64,000 nt of DNA from Octopus vulgaris. Its lineage: Eukaryota. The stretch spans positions 135,160,001 to 135,224,000 of the forward strand of contig OX597815.1 in the NCBI GenBank assembly GCA_951406725.2. The letters run 5' to 3'. A model generated the notes under the pieces. That model saw only the letters and a list, made by a program, of their open reading frames with translations. It did no database searches and was not told the DNA's origin. The position numbers and the translations under genes are program-made. Positions 41,710 through 55,040 of this stretch are shown here, piece after piece (the stretch's first letter is position 1; each line of letters opens with the position of its first letter).

Positions 41710-42005
41710 TCTTCTTTTGTCTTGAGACAGCATTCACCCGAGGTGGGTTGAGCTGGCTTCATTCATCCTCAATGCTGCATCTCTCACAAACACCAACCAG
41801 ACCTGGCGATTTGAGGCTAACGACCGTGTGATCTCCAACCACTCCTTATTCCAACGGTGAACGCTGTAGATATGGAAGCCTAGGTTGGGTTCCAGATCAG
41901 CCTTGACTGTCATCAGCCAGGTTTTTCATTGTCCACCACATCGCTTTCACCAACCCTGAAGGGGAACTGGGGCAATTGCTTTGTAGATGAATTCTCCTGA
42001 GTAGA
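41710..42005 (-). mobile_element. 3' end of an RTE-clade LINE
   Basis: Minus frame GW*KRCGGQ*KTWLMTVKADLEPNLGFHIYSVHRWNKEWLEITRSLASNRQVW, then a short UTR with AAGA-type tail. Confidence 0.8.
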
Positions 42006-42430
42006 CAGTTAGTTCAGAAACAAAGGAGAAGGAGGAGGAGACAGAAGGCGGAAACTACATGTATATGGCCAAGAAGTTAAAGCAAGTAGGTGACAAAGTC
42101 ATTGCTAACCATCTGAATGAATTTATTTTGTCAATGTGCCGGGGTGCAAAAGCATTCCAGAATATGGAAAAGGCATGACAAACGAAAATGTCATCTATCC
42201 CAACCAACTGCAACTCCAAAGAGAAAATAGAAATTACAAACAAAAAGAGGTCATCCTGAAAGATAAAACTAATATGTCCCACTCATTATTCACAGTTTTT
42301 TGCACACATTAAATGGAATAGATATGTTTAAAGATAATATAGAGCTACAGCTGGCAATTAAGATCCTTAGCTGATAATGGGAACTAAGTAATTGGCTTGC
42401 ATGTTGCAATATATAAAGAGTAGATTACAT

Positions 42431-42462
<32 letters not shown>

Positions 42463-42969
42463 AGTGGGCATATATCATTTGTTGCATAGTATTGCTGAAA
42501 TAAGCTTGTGGCTTGCATATTGCAGTGCGTACTGTTGTGAATTCCTGTTCCCAATCTCAAGGTATAACATTTTAGTGAAAGAAACAAATGATGTTCATTA
42601 GATGGAACTATTAGTGTGTGGGTAGCTCAGATGATTGACTAACTAGAAGCAGTCATCCAGGTATCGTTTCAATCCTTCCTTCAAATAACTACTGAAATTT
42701 TTTTTTTCAAATATGTGTGAGGATTCATTCATGGATTTTTTATTTCACAACATCCCAAAACTAGGTTCTCGTAAGTCAACAAATCTTTGCTACCTATGGA
42801 TGTACCTGGCTCTTTGTAGGTAAGCTGCCTCACTGAGTATGTAGTTGTGATTTTCTAAAATGAATTGAAGTCAATCTATAATAGAATTCTTATCAATATA
42901 GTTGGGTAATTCATAAGTAACTGAACCAAGCCAGTTTTAATAGCTTTGATTCTGTAATTGTGTGGAATA

Positions 42970-43344
42970 TCTCTCTCTATATAAACGGCAGTTTGTCTGT
43001 GCGTGTTTCTGTGTGTCTGTTTGCTTGTACCCTCACCCTGACCACGGCTTTCAACCGATTCTGATGAAACTTGACACACACATAGCCCAATGTCATAATT
43101 CAAAACTAACGCAGCGAAAATTTTGAAAAGTTCCCCCAGTTCTGAAAAAAATCGATAAATTCGACATGGGGTCGAGAATCAGAAACACGAACCATGAACT
43201 GTGTAGGGGACGCAACTCCACCTTTTTTAACTATCAAAAAAAAATTTACCATCATTTTTTTGCTGTTTTTTGGCTATAACTCTCTAAAAATGCTTTATAG
43301 TTATTTCCCTTACAAACCAGAGCAACGCCGGGCGATACAGCTAG
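42970..43344 (+). mobile_element. Non-autonomous Helitron (375 bp)
   Basis: 5' TC, subterminal GTCTGT-type repeats, GC-rich 3' hairpin-like GAGCAACGCCGGGC, then CTAG; inserted between A and T with no TSD. Confidence 0.9.
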
Positions 43345-44675
43345 TTATTATATAAGTTTATAACATCAAACAAAGTAATAGAAGTATTTTCATATACTTG
43401 ATAGTTAAACATGCTAAGATCTCTTATAAAGCTCTGCATTTGTTTCAGGAAAGGTTTCAACAAAATGTCTAGAAAAGTATTTAAATAATATATCTTGCAT
43501 ATCAGGTGTGCTGCAATGTGTCTAGATTTTAGAACATTAAATGATGGCATATTAAAAAAACTAGTCCTTATCTTTTCACATGATTCAATGATTAGTTTTG
43601 TTTATTTTGGTAATCCATAGATGATACCCCTTTCTGTTTAACATTTGTAATGTAATCTAATTCATTATCTGTTTAAAAGTTTTTATACAAATGTGAGAAA
43701 GTAGGTTCTGGCTTTCTCATAAGTGTACTGTCCTATAGAATATTCAGTACAATATTTGTATAATATTTGTGTCCCTAACAATAGAACTTTTGTTATCAAC
43801 TTCTTTGATAACAATATCTTTGTCTAATTCTAAATCAATCAAATGTGTCCATTGTTTCGGGTACATTTGGATTTTGTTGTCTTGTTTCTGCTGTTCCAGT
43901 TGGAATTGTTGAAATATGTTCCAAAATTCCTCAATGGCTACATTATTTTATATCAGTTTTCATTTTTGTTTTTTACTTAAGGTTTGTCATTATTTTTTTC
44001 TTAAAACGATTGTTCTGCAAGTCTAACTGTAGCTTTCTTTGAAATTTTCTTTGGTAATTAGACCATGGCGTTGTATTCATTGAATAGTTTCAGTATAATT
44101 TTTCATACTGTTGTTAATCTTTAAGAATAAACTTCTGAAAGTGTATTTGTTTATAAATTCATCATCAAAGGTTAAAAATCAATTTTCACCTCTTTGTTCT
44201 TGCATTCTTGCCTTCATAATTTCTCATAAGTTTGTTGGGAGGAGATCTCAGTTCTCATTTTCTCATCATTTTCTTTGTACTTCTCTTCCTTTGCATCTGC
44301 TCACAGGTTTTGTTAATCCCATTTCTTTTATTCATTTTATAAAGCTACAATTTTTGGTATAGTTTTTTTTCCCCCTGATATTCTTGTGCTTCATTTATAA
44401 TTCTAAGATGTAACTTCCTTGGTGCAAGCCATAGAGTTGAGGTTGACCAATATCTATAGACTTCCACTTTGTTTTGATTTCTCGGTATATTCTAAAAGGT
44501 GAATTTCTTTAAGATAAAGTTTATTTTTCTTGTATAATCCATTTTATTCCTTATAAAGACAGTAGTTCTAGGAATATTTCCAGATGCATTAGTAGATGCT
44601 AAGTTATCTTGTGTTAGTCTTGTCTGAATGATTGTTTCAAAATTTCTGCATAAGAGTCCTGTACTATTACTGACC

Positions 44676-44866
44676 AATGGAGGCACATGGCCTAGTGGTT
44701 AGAGTCTCTTGCCACAACTTTCTCTCACTCTTTCCTCCAGCATCTAGCAGCTCACCTGTGATGGACCACCGTCCCATCAAGGTGGAGAACCTATATGCCA
44801 ATGAAACCAGGAAGCCAGCCTAATGAGCCAGGCATGACTCGAGAAGGAACAAACAACAACAACAAC
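44676..44866 (+). mobile_element. Internally deleted tRNA-derived SINE with 13-bp TSD, related to 60221-60576
   Basis: GGAGGCACATGGCCTAGTGGTTAG head, (AAC)n tail, ACTATTACTGACC at 44663-44675 and 44867-44879. Confidence 0.85.
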
Positions 44867-45364
44867 ACTATTACTGACCTGAGTATGTGATTGTTTAATT
44901 TTTCTCTTTGGTTATAATCCCTTGAAAAAGTATGAAATTCATCCAGTCTTTCAGGTACAACACAATTTCTTTCTAATTTCTTTAAGAGCCTCCTCACAGT
45001 TTTTTTCTATTTTTTTTCTTTGTCTTTTGATTGAGAGATTTCTCTGCTTCCTCTGCCCCAACAATGGAATACCAATGAGTAAATAATACATAAAGAAATA
45101 CAATTAGAGACAGACATCAGCCAAAATTAAATACATTTTCGGCTTGTAACTTCATTATTCAATATGTCTTTCATGTCTGGGATTTGAAGGAGATTTAGTT
45201 GTAATTCCAAGGACATTCGACCACACATTGACTAACTTTACACATGGTGAAGGTATGTTGACCAGTGTCTTGACAGTAAACTTGGTAGAGAGAAACTGCA
45301 CTAAGACCTATCGTACATGTCCATTTCATGTCTGTATTTACATTTACACGAGTCAAAACAAAAC

Positions 45365-45700
45365 CATCATCATTGTTTAACATCCATTTTCCATGCTGGC
45401 ATGGGTTGGATGGTTTGACTGAGGTCTGGAGAGCCAGCAGCTGCACCAGGTTCCAACCTGATCTGGCAATGTTTCTACAGTTGGATGCCCTTCTTAACAC
45501 CAACCACTCTGAGAGTGGAGTGGGTGCTTTTTACATGCCACCAGCACAGGAGCCAGTCAGGCAGGCGTAGCATCAATCACAATCAGATAGAGCTTTTTGT
45601 GTGCCATCGGCACGGGGGCCAATCAGGGGGTACTGGAATTGGCCATGTTTGGATGGTGCTTTTTATGTGCCACCAGCATGAGAACCAGTCAGGGGGTGTT
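45365..45700 (-). mobile_element. Family C element
   Basis: Reverse complement of the 14150-14485 type, with three 5' units. Confidence 0.8.
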
Positions 45701-46383
45701 GGCTATATTTTATAACATATCAGTTTGACAAATAGCAATCAATAAAATACCAGACTAATATTACTACTGGAGACAATACTGAAGGCATGTTCTACAAGTA
45801 TGGCTGAAGTTCAATGAATGAAACAAGTAAGAGACTAAAATAATATCTATGAGTGAGAGTGAGAAAGAGAGAGTGACTGAGAGAGAGAGGGAGAGAGAAA
45901 GAGTGTGTGTTGTTATTTTTGTTGTTGCAGGAGATTAGGTTTCGGTTGGCCAATGCTCTGACTGTTAAATCTCATAAACTAAGTTAATGACCAGCCAGAT
46001 GTTACTACTGCTGATTCTATTGTCACTGTTGTTGTTGTTATTGTTGCTGTGGTTACTGTTATTGCTCTTGTTACTATTGTTGATGTTATATAATAGTCTG
46101 CTTTTGTTCTTTTTCTTTCTTTCTTTTTTTTTTTTTTTCATTGAGCACTCCTGACCCATTCCCACCTTACACTAAAGCCAAGATCTCAGTTAATTAGCTA
46201 TTAGGACCTACAGCTTGTCTAGCCAATATCAGACACTGTTTAGTTTTTCCACTCACTGATCATTCACACATGCATATACTAACACACATGCTTAAAAATG
46301 TAATATCACTAAGTTTTTTCTACAGATGACCAAATCTTTCACATTTCAGTAGCATGTATTTGTGTGTGTGAGAGGGAGGGGGG

Positions 46384-46424
<41 letters not shown>

Positions 46425-47183
46425 ACATGGCCTACATGTGAGGATATTCAGTTCACAATCATAAGGTCGGTGATGGGGGAGGTTGACTCCTAGAATGAGC
46501 AGAATATTGTGTCTTTGAGTGTGACTCTTCATTTCATATTACTCTAGTTTATTCAGCTGAAAATAAGTACCAACTGAATGCTGGTGCAGCCTCCTTCTCT
46601 TCAGCTGTTGTGAGAAGGTATCTTCGTTCGCTTGTGATTACATGGCATCAAAGAGCAATTGGCAAAAACATGGTAGATATCCCTCAGCTATACTTATATA
46701 TTTACACACATATGCACATTCTCACACACACACACACACACGTGTGTGTGTGTGTGAGTGCTTGTGTGTGCATCTGTGTTTGTTTAGGTTACAATTCTGA
46801 TAAGGTACTTGATATTGGTAGCCCTGTGAGCACAACCTGTGCATGGCTGAGTCAATGGCAACTGAAGTGCTAACCCCACTATATCTCCTTGGTAAGAAAG
46901 GGGATTTTCGGATACCTTGTGGGATGAAAAACAACAGTTGTCAAAGGGTATCTAGTATAGTGCAACTATGTATTTGCATTTTATTTATCGACATATTAAT
47001 ATGATTTTTGGAACACACTTGAAGGAAAGGTTCTTAAGCAATTCTATTGCATAACTTTTGTTTCAAAGTGACTCTAATTACAATCAACATTGGTTCTATG
47101 TCAGTGTGTGTATATAAGAATTTTTTGCGTAATGAGATAAAAAACCAAGGCTGTATAGATATTAGAGCATTTATAGACACAAG

Positions 47184-47235
47184 GTCTTACAGCTGTTTCT
47201 AGGATATTAATTAATAATATCCCTTCATCAGAGAC
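47184..47235 (-). ncRNA. Minimal type I hammerhead ribozyme motif (PLE-type)
   Basis: GUCU-CUGAUGA-aGGGAUAUUA uuaau UAAUAUCCUa-GAAAC-AGCU-GUA-AGAC: stem I GUCU/AGAC, core boxes, 9-bp stem II, palindromic loop III, GUA cleavage triplet; A.A at the base of stem II. Confidence 0.7.
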
Positions 47236-47459
47236 GGTGTGAGAGGAAAAATTAAGTCATAGTTAGTTTCGATGTGAAACAAATAGAGAGTGAGGTGGAG
47301 GAAAGAAAATAGATGTAAGATATGTATACCATTATGCCTATAAAACGGATTTACGAATTCAATGCCCATACATATCTTACATCTATTTTCTTTCCTCCAC
47401 CTCACTCTCTATTTGTATCACATCGAAACTGACTATGACTTAATTTTTCCTCTCACACC

Positions 47460-47511
47460 GTCTCCAATGAAAGGATATTATTAATTAATATCCTAGAAAC
47501 AGCTGTAAAAC
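47460..47511 (+). ncRNA. Mutated second hammerhead copy (CCAAUGA core, disrupted stem I)
   Basis: Inverted-arm counterpart of 47184-47235. Confidence 0.6.
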
Positions 47512-47759
47512 CTTCTATCTACAAATGCTCTAATATCTATACAGCTTTGGTATTTTTTATCTCATTACGCAAAAAATTCTTATATACACATGCTGACATG
47601 GAACCAACATTGAACCCTTTATTTGCAATATTACCGAATCTGGAACTTAACTATGGTCTGTCTATAGCACTTATTTAGCATTACCTGACACCTTTGGGTC
47701 TCAATGATACCATTATCTCTTATAACCTACATACACACAAATGCATATCCATAAACTCA

Positions 47760-48085
47760 TTTGATAAATTAATAAGGAATCTGAAAAAAAATGTATTTTG
47801 TTTTGCTCAGAAACAAAAATGAATTTAGGCAGTGAGTAAAGAAGACTTTGCACTAGAGTAAGAAAGTCTTTACTGCTGATATCCAGGTCAGATAAGTGAG
47901 TGTAAATGCTAGTTTGCACGGATACCACTTTCAGAGTGAAGTCTGAAAACTGAGTGGCCTGGCCAGTAGAGATGGGCTAGACTCAATAAGATATTTGTTT
48001 TTCTGTGAGGAGCAGGGAAAAGTGGATTGCATAAGAGGTTATGGGCATAGTCCAGATTGCCCTATAGTCTGTGGATATTCGTATA
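47760..48085 (-). mobile_element. Possible decayed LINE apurinic-endonuclease N-terminus (CR1/L2-like)
   Basis: NIHRL (NIRGL-like) and LLLTE in broken frames; weak. Confidence 0.35.
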
Positions 48086-51000
48086 AACAAGAGAGAATTG
48101 TCACCCAGAATGGGTGTTAATCATTTTACATTCTTTGTGTTAATGAAAGAGAATCAAAATACCAAAGTAATGTAATCATATAGAGAAAAAAACATTTACA
48201 ATAAAATAAGTCATATGTAAACATTAATATTAGGCAGAAAGAAAGAAATAATCATTTCTGATACAAGGTGTACTCAGTTTAATAGGGCCCAGTACTTCAC
48301 TAGTTCTTTTTTCTCAGATATCTTTCTTCCACTCAAGAAAATGAGAGGCATAGTTGATCTCAATATGGGTAGAGAATTTTAAATAGAAAATGTAAAGCAA
48401 CATAACTAAATTTCAATGGCTGTGTGTTTAGTCATTCACTGCACTACTTTCAATAAGAAAAAAATAAAATTAACTTCACTTTTCTTTGAAAAGCATAAAA
48501 AAGAAGGCTGTGGTTTTTCTGACACGATATTACTTTCACATTGTCACTTGTAACCACAAATGCATGAAATAGGTGTTATGACATAGCATAATATATTAAA
48601 TTTCTAAGAGTTTATTGAGGCATTCTAGCAAATATCTTTTATTTAATTTTATTTACTTATTCATTTATTGAGTTATGCATGCAATGGACTGGCTATATCA
48701 GAGTCGCAATTATAATTTTATATAATTGTATACTAGTATATAAGCTTATATCTATGTCTGTTCACAATGATGGGTAGAACAGTCAAATTATTTAATGCAT
48801 TATGCATATGTGGTGTGCATGAAATATGTGTAACAGTATATCCTAGACAGGCTGTTTTGTACAACTATTTATGTATATATAACCATGTCCCTACCTTTCT
48901 TCATAGAATGTCTGTTAAGGTATATTCTGGATTCAGAGATTTCCGAACTACATAAAATCAAATGCTTTTTAAATTATTTCATTATTGAAATGGTGTTTGG
49001 TGTGCCATGGCAGACAATAATCACAGAGCATGACAGTGAGAATTGAATCAAGAGAGGCAGAAAGAAGAAATAAGAATTAGAAATAAAGAGAAGAATCAAG
49101 AATAATGAGAAGAATTAACTCAAGAGAAAGGAATAAAATTATTGAAAGAAATGTGGCTATAAGGTGTTGTGTGATGAACAAAGAAGCTGAAGAAAATAGA
49201 GAGACAGAATGAGAATTGCTAATCAGGAAAGAAAGCAATATATGAATATTTAGCATAAGCAAGAATGAGAAAAGAGGCAAGAAAAGAAAATCTGAGTGAA
49301 GAGAATACACTAGAATACCTAAAGTACGCACAGAACATATTTCAAGATTGGACAAAAAATATGAACTAAGAAGATAGACAAGAATGTTTAAAACAAGCCT
49401 GTAACCATAGCAGTAAATAATCATGCAGAGCTATTTAGAATTGAAGTACTGACTGTAAGATGTCCTCATTGTGGATCTCTGTGGTTCTGTGAAGAAGCTC
49501 TAAACTGCTGCCAACATAGCAAAGTTAAACTACCAGATTTGCACACTACCCTTTCAGTCAAGAGCCTTATTTAAAGCTGATACACAAGAATGTTAGAATT
49601 TTGGGAAAAAAATTAGAATTATATCTGTGCCTTTTCTTTTGCATCTTTCAGAATGAAGATCATGCTACCATTCAGAAGAGGACTTTTTCCGTATGTAAGA
49701 CCAAACTTTGCACAAAGTTTCTAATCTTCATCTTGAAGATAATTATCAGCAAAGATACAGACAACTTTATATTGTAGATGCTCAGGAAGCAGCGTAAACA
49801 TACACACTAGACTGTCAAAATAATCAGTGCCTGCAGTTGGTGATGGAAACAATTCAAGTGTGATGACTGAGCATAGTTCTTACATTGAAGTCTATAAATC
49901 CACGAGTACTGTAAAATATGAAGAATTAGAAAAGACAATTTAAGAAAATGTTCCCCTGCACAGAATTACTATGCAACTTCTTAATAGTCATGATCTCAGC
50001 TGCTTTATAACATTCTTACAAACATTGGTAGTAACTCCTTTGGTTTCTGTAAATGAAATGAAGTTGCTGCAAGATTTGTAGAAGATGGAGTTCCACTGTG
50101 AAACAGAGATATAGCTGTTTACACAAGGAGGAATGTATGACAGCACATGTTTTTTCTATATCTGTCTCCTCACCTCATCTCAAAAGAAATATTTTCTAAT
50201 GGTAATCAAGGGAGGCAGAGTGAAAAATAAAATTAGAATGTTAGAATATTACAGTTATTACATTGCCATGACAAATGTGTTTAGTGCATTGCATGGAGAG
50301 GGTAAACATTTTCAACAGTTCTCAGTTTATGCTTATATCAAAGTGGAAGGTTGTTGGTAAAATTAATAGGAAATAACCAGTCTTAACTACTTTGAATAAC
50401 ACTTACTGAATAACACAGTCTTATGGATCACCTAGTAATGAATGAAGATCCTCCTGAAACTGGTGTCCCTTTTATTCTCCTCTCCTTTTCCTCAGGAAGT
50501 CTAAGGTATAAGTTAGAAGATTACCAAGATGCCTGTGTTTTGTGTCCAAAATTAGAAAACCAGATGTATTTCTTACATACACATGTAATCCTAGATGTTC
50601 TCAAATTATAAACTATCTCAGAACCTCCAAGACTGTAGAAAATAGGCCAGATTTGGTTTCACACTTCTGTAAGGCTCACTTTAATGAGTTATTGATTGAT
50701 AGTATAGACAGTCATGAGCTGAGAGTTCTAACGGTCTATGAGTATGAGACATATTAACATGAAAGAAACTGTGTTCAAGACAGGTTTATTTCATGTTAAT
50801 ATGCTAATGATAGTAATAGACAAAGATAAATTACAAATGCAAAAACAAGATGATGTATTAGTATCAGCATAAATCCTATCAGAAGACCCAGATCTTAGAC
50901 AGGTGGTAATGAGTTTAATGATACAAGGTCTATGTGGCATGCAGAAACCAAACTTACTTTGCCTGGAAAACAGTCATAAAAAAGATTTCGTCAAAAACTC

Positions 51001-52246
51001 CAGAGAAGAAAATTCAGAAAAATTAGATGGTTATCTTGCTTATCAAAGAAGGAACAAGTAGAAACTCTGAGTAGATAATAGATATGTTGTACCATTCAAC
51101 AAATTCCTTTTGAAGAGCTATAAAGTGCACATTAATGTGGAAATATCTTCTTGAAGAGTATATGGTATATTTTTTTAAGTATGTTTACAATGGATACAAT
51201 TACAGACTTGTAGAAGTGATAAATGCTTTAGATTGAGAAGTCATGCAATGAAATGGGAATGATAAAATCACGTATTTTCTCTCCTGCACATAAATTTCTC
51301 CTGAATTTATGTGGAAGATCTCTGAATAAAAATGTATGGAAAATCTCACTCAGTCTTCCAATTAGCCATTCATTTATCATGAGAGCAGCAAGTTTACTAC
51401 TAGCAAGATGAAGCACAGTAAGGGAGAGACAGAGCACTTCAATGAGAGATTCAACTCACAGTTTGTTTCCATCTTGAGAGAGAGAGAGAGAATGTTAATA
51501 TACAAACAACATTTTTTTTGCAACATTCTATGATATTATGTTTGCAATAAAAAGAAGTCCAAATGGAAAATAAGGGTGAGGAAAAATAACATCCTGACAA
51601 GAATATACTCTGTCAGTATAAGATACAGAGAAAAATTTCATTTGAAACTTCTCCTTTTGCATGTCTCTAGTGCCAACTCTCATAAGGATGTGAAGATAGT
51701 CAATGGAGAGCAAACTTTTTTTTTTTATTTTAAGAAGTGTGTATAAGTTTCATCATCATAACATAACATACACAACTGATTTACAGTAACCAAAGGAGTT
51801 ACTACTAATGTTTGTAAAGATTTGTCTCTATAGCCAACCTACAGATGTCATGAGTATATGGATGGAATACAAGCACTTCATAATCAAGGATAATTTACGT
51901 GATGGTTAAGACCTGACAGAGGTTGGAAATATATTACTAAAGCAACTGAACACAATCTCAATCTTACAGAATGAACTGTGCAATGTTTGACCTTATCCAT
52001 ACCACAGGGACATACACCCACAAGAAATGAAACAGTGACAGTTCAAGTACCAGATTTACATCACTATATAGCATGAGCAGCTAACAGTGTTTGATGCTGT
52101 GATGAATGATAAAGCTGCTAATGGTAGAATTAGCAAAAGCTTTCATGTGGAGGCTCCTGAAGTTTCCCAGAAAATTGTTCTTTACACTATGCTGTTTAAT
52201 TTTCTCCTATCAAGTAGTTGTGTATTGATAAGTACTGCAGGGTCTG

Positions 52247-52421
52247 TGTTGTATAGGGAAACCGTACACCTCTCCCAGTAAATAGAGCAGTAGCTGGTCA
52301 ATGGAGGATGGTCGAGGAGGTTGAGAATATGTGTAGACAGTGCTGATATAGTAATTATACTGTGATACTACTGAGTGGACGTTATATCAATCCAGCCTTT
52401 TGAGGATAATAACACTACAAC
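52247..52421 (+). repeat. 5' LTR followed by PBS-like TGGGGG (tRNA-Pro-like)
   Basis: Homologous to 55306-55508; shares TGCTGATATAGTAATTATACTGTGATA and TTTTGAGGATAATAA. Confidence 0.85.
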
Positions 52422-54769
52422 TGGGGGTCATACAGTGCCAGATAGAATCATTCTTTTGACGACTTCAGAATATAACAATATCTGTCAGAGCAACAAACAT
52501 TGTTAAAAGACAGATACAGCAGCAAATGTTACAACTAATAAAGTTGATAACTAAACCAGAGAATAGGTTTTCACCTGACCATGTGGCAAATTCCATAAGA
52601 GAATTCAAATATGGCCCCAAATAGGAATAACCTTTGAGGCTTACATTCAAAGATTTTAATAAATTTTTGGAAGAAAATGTCAAGATTGGATGGACGAAAT
52701 AAAAATGCATCTAGTTTTGAAAACTAGCAACAGCGGAACAGATGTAAAGTAACTCCATATTGCCAAAAGAAAAAGAAAAAAAAAAAAGCAACCAACATAA
52801 ATTTCACCAATACAGTTGACATTTTGAGAAAAATGTTTAGTGAAAAACGCTCACTGTTTAATACTAGATGGAAATTTTTAAACATAGAAAAGAATGAAGA
52901 TGGAGACTTAACTACTTACATAGGCAGAGTCAATAAAGAATGTGAGAGATTTAGGCTAGATATGCTTACTCCAGATTCTTTCAAGTGTTTGATTTTTGCA
53001 CAAGGATTGACAGATAGAAGGGATGCAGAAATCTGAATGCTTATTCTATCAAAACTGGAAATGAACCAGGATTTGACATTGCAGAAACTGTCAGAAGAGT
53101 GTGACAGGATATTAAAATTAAGGTATGACACAGGAGAAATTCAACAGAAAGTGTGTTGCCACATAAGACCAGTGTAAAAAAAAGTTTGGAAACAAAGTGT
53201 AGTAGGATTAACAGAAAGAATATTAAGATGTAGACCCATGTATGCCATGTGGTGGGATGCACCAGAGAAAAGACTGTTTGTATAAAAAACCTAAGTGTTT
53301 TCCCTGCGGGTTTACAGGAAATATAAAATCGCACTGCAAAACTAGAATGATAAGAAAATGGAAAAAACCAGAAAACACAAATAGTTTGTCGGCAGGAAAA
53401 GTTGTGACTACAACAAACAGAAAATTCATGAATGTGAGAATTGAAAATACTACAGTCAGAATGCAATTAGACACAGGAAGTGATATCACAATCATAAATG
53501 AGAAAACATGGGAACAAATGGGTAAACCAAAATTATGTAGTTCAAACAAAATAGTGTATGGTGTTATGGGAAGAAAATTATATTTCAAGGGTGAACGCGT
53601 CTGTAATATAATGTTCAAAGGTCGAACCAAAAAAGTGAATGTTTATATGTTGAAAAAATCTATGAATTTATATGGCACCAAATATATGGAGAAATTTAAT
53701 TTATGGGATACACCCATAAGCACTTTATGCAATAGCATATACAGAGCAGTCAAATGATCAAATGAGGTTGAAGAACTGAAACAAAAAAAAAGTGATGTGG
53801 TACATTGTGCGTGAACTACCATTAACTTTGGAAAAAACAAAAATAAATATGAGAAATGACAAATTTATTAATGAGACAAAAAGAAAATAAAGAAAAGCCT
53901 GATGCAAAGAACAGGCAAGATATGAACATACACTCTATATGTGATGGTGTACTAATGTACACTCAGAGGGTGGTCATACCACAGACATTACAGAAGAGAA
54001 TGTTAAAAGAGTTCCATGTAGGACACACAGGCATCTCTAGAATGAAAGCGTTGATGTGAAGTTTTGTATATTGGCCAAGCATGGACAAGGAAATTGAAAA
54101 CCTGGTAAAAGGCTTCAGAGGATGTGCGCTGGCAGAAAAACTATCTACTACAAAATGTGAACCTTGGCCAGAAGTGAAAATACCATGGTCCCAATTGCAT
54201 ATCGATTTTGCAGGCCTGGTAAATGGATATTATTACTTAATAGTAGAGGACAGCAACACAAAATAGCCTGCGGTTGTGAGGTGTAAATGACCAACCTCAT
54301 ATACAGTAATAAACTTCTTACATGAGCTGTCCACAAGATTTGATGTACCAGATATAATGGAACACAAGTTTGTATCCTGTGAGTTTAAAAGATTCTGTGA
54401 GATGTTCATGTTAGAACATAAAACTATAGCACCATATCACCCTAGATTGAATAGAAGGGCTGAACAGTTCGTGGACACTTTTAAGAGAACCTTGAAGAAT
54501 GCTAGTAAGGAAGCCACAGGTGAGGTCGCAATTCAACAATTCTTAAGGGTATACAGGGTAACTCTGAACCCAACTGCGCCAGAAGGAAGTTCACCAGCAG
54601 AATTAATGCTTACCAGAAATGTGAAGTCAGTTTCAATAAGCTGTTACCAGTGAAGAAAAAATACGTACTAATAAAGACATGCCAAAATTCTTTACAATTT
54701 GTGATAAGGTGTATGTAAAATGTACAAAAATGGCAAGCAATAATGGGAAGAAGAAGAAATTGTAACATT

Positions 54770-55040
54770 GCCTTACTGGCACCTGTGCTGGTGGCATGTA
54801 TAAAAGGATTCGAGTGAGGTCGTTGCCAGTACCACTTGACTGGCCCCCGTGCCAGTGGTACATAAAAAGCACCCACTACACTCTCGGAGTGGTTGGCGTT
54901 AGGAAGGGCATCCAGCTGTAGAAACTCTGCCAAATCAAGACTGGAGCCTGGTGCAGCCATCTGGTTTGCCAGCCCTCAGTCAAAATCGTCCAACCCATGC
55001 TAGCATGGAAAGCGGATGTTAAACGATGATGATGATGATG
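54770..55040 (+). mobile_element. Family C element inserted in the Gypsy integrase 3' region
   Basis: Family C body plus (GAT)n tail. Confidence 0.85.

Larger units (their letters stand above)
42620..45050 (-). pseudogene. Decayed Penelope-like element (PLE) reverse transcriptase ORF
   Basis: In order on the minus strand: IYGLPK (43605-43622), FLDILLKPFLKQMQSFIRD, FDVINLYNN|IPH (joined across the Helitron), GTSIGSKDLLTYENLVLG (decayed motif B), RYLDDCF (about 42645-42666); 5' boundary approximate; no GIY-YIG domain seen. Confidence 0.85.
47084..47613. repeat. Large foldback palindrome (arms 47084-47327 and 47368-47613, 40-bp loop), PLE pseudo-LTR-like
   Basis: Arms of about 245 bp align end to end with scattered substitutions. 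Confidence 0.95.
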
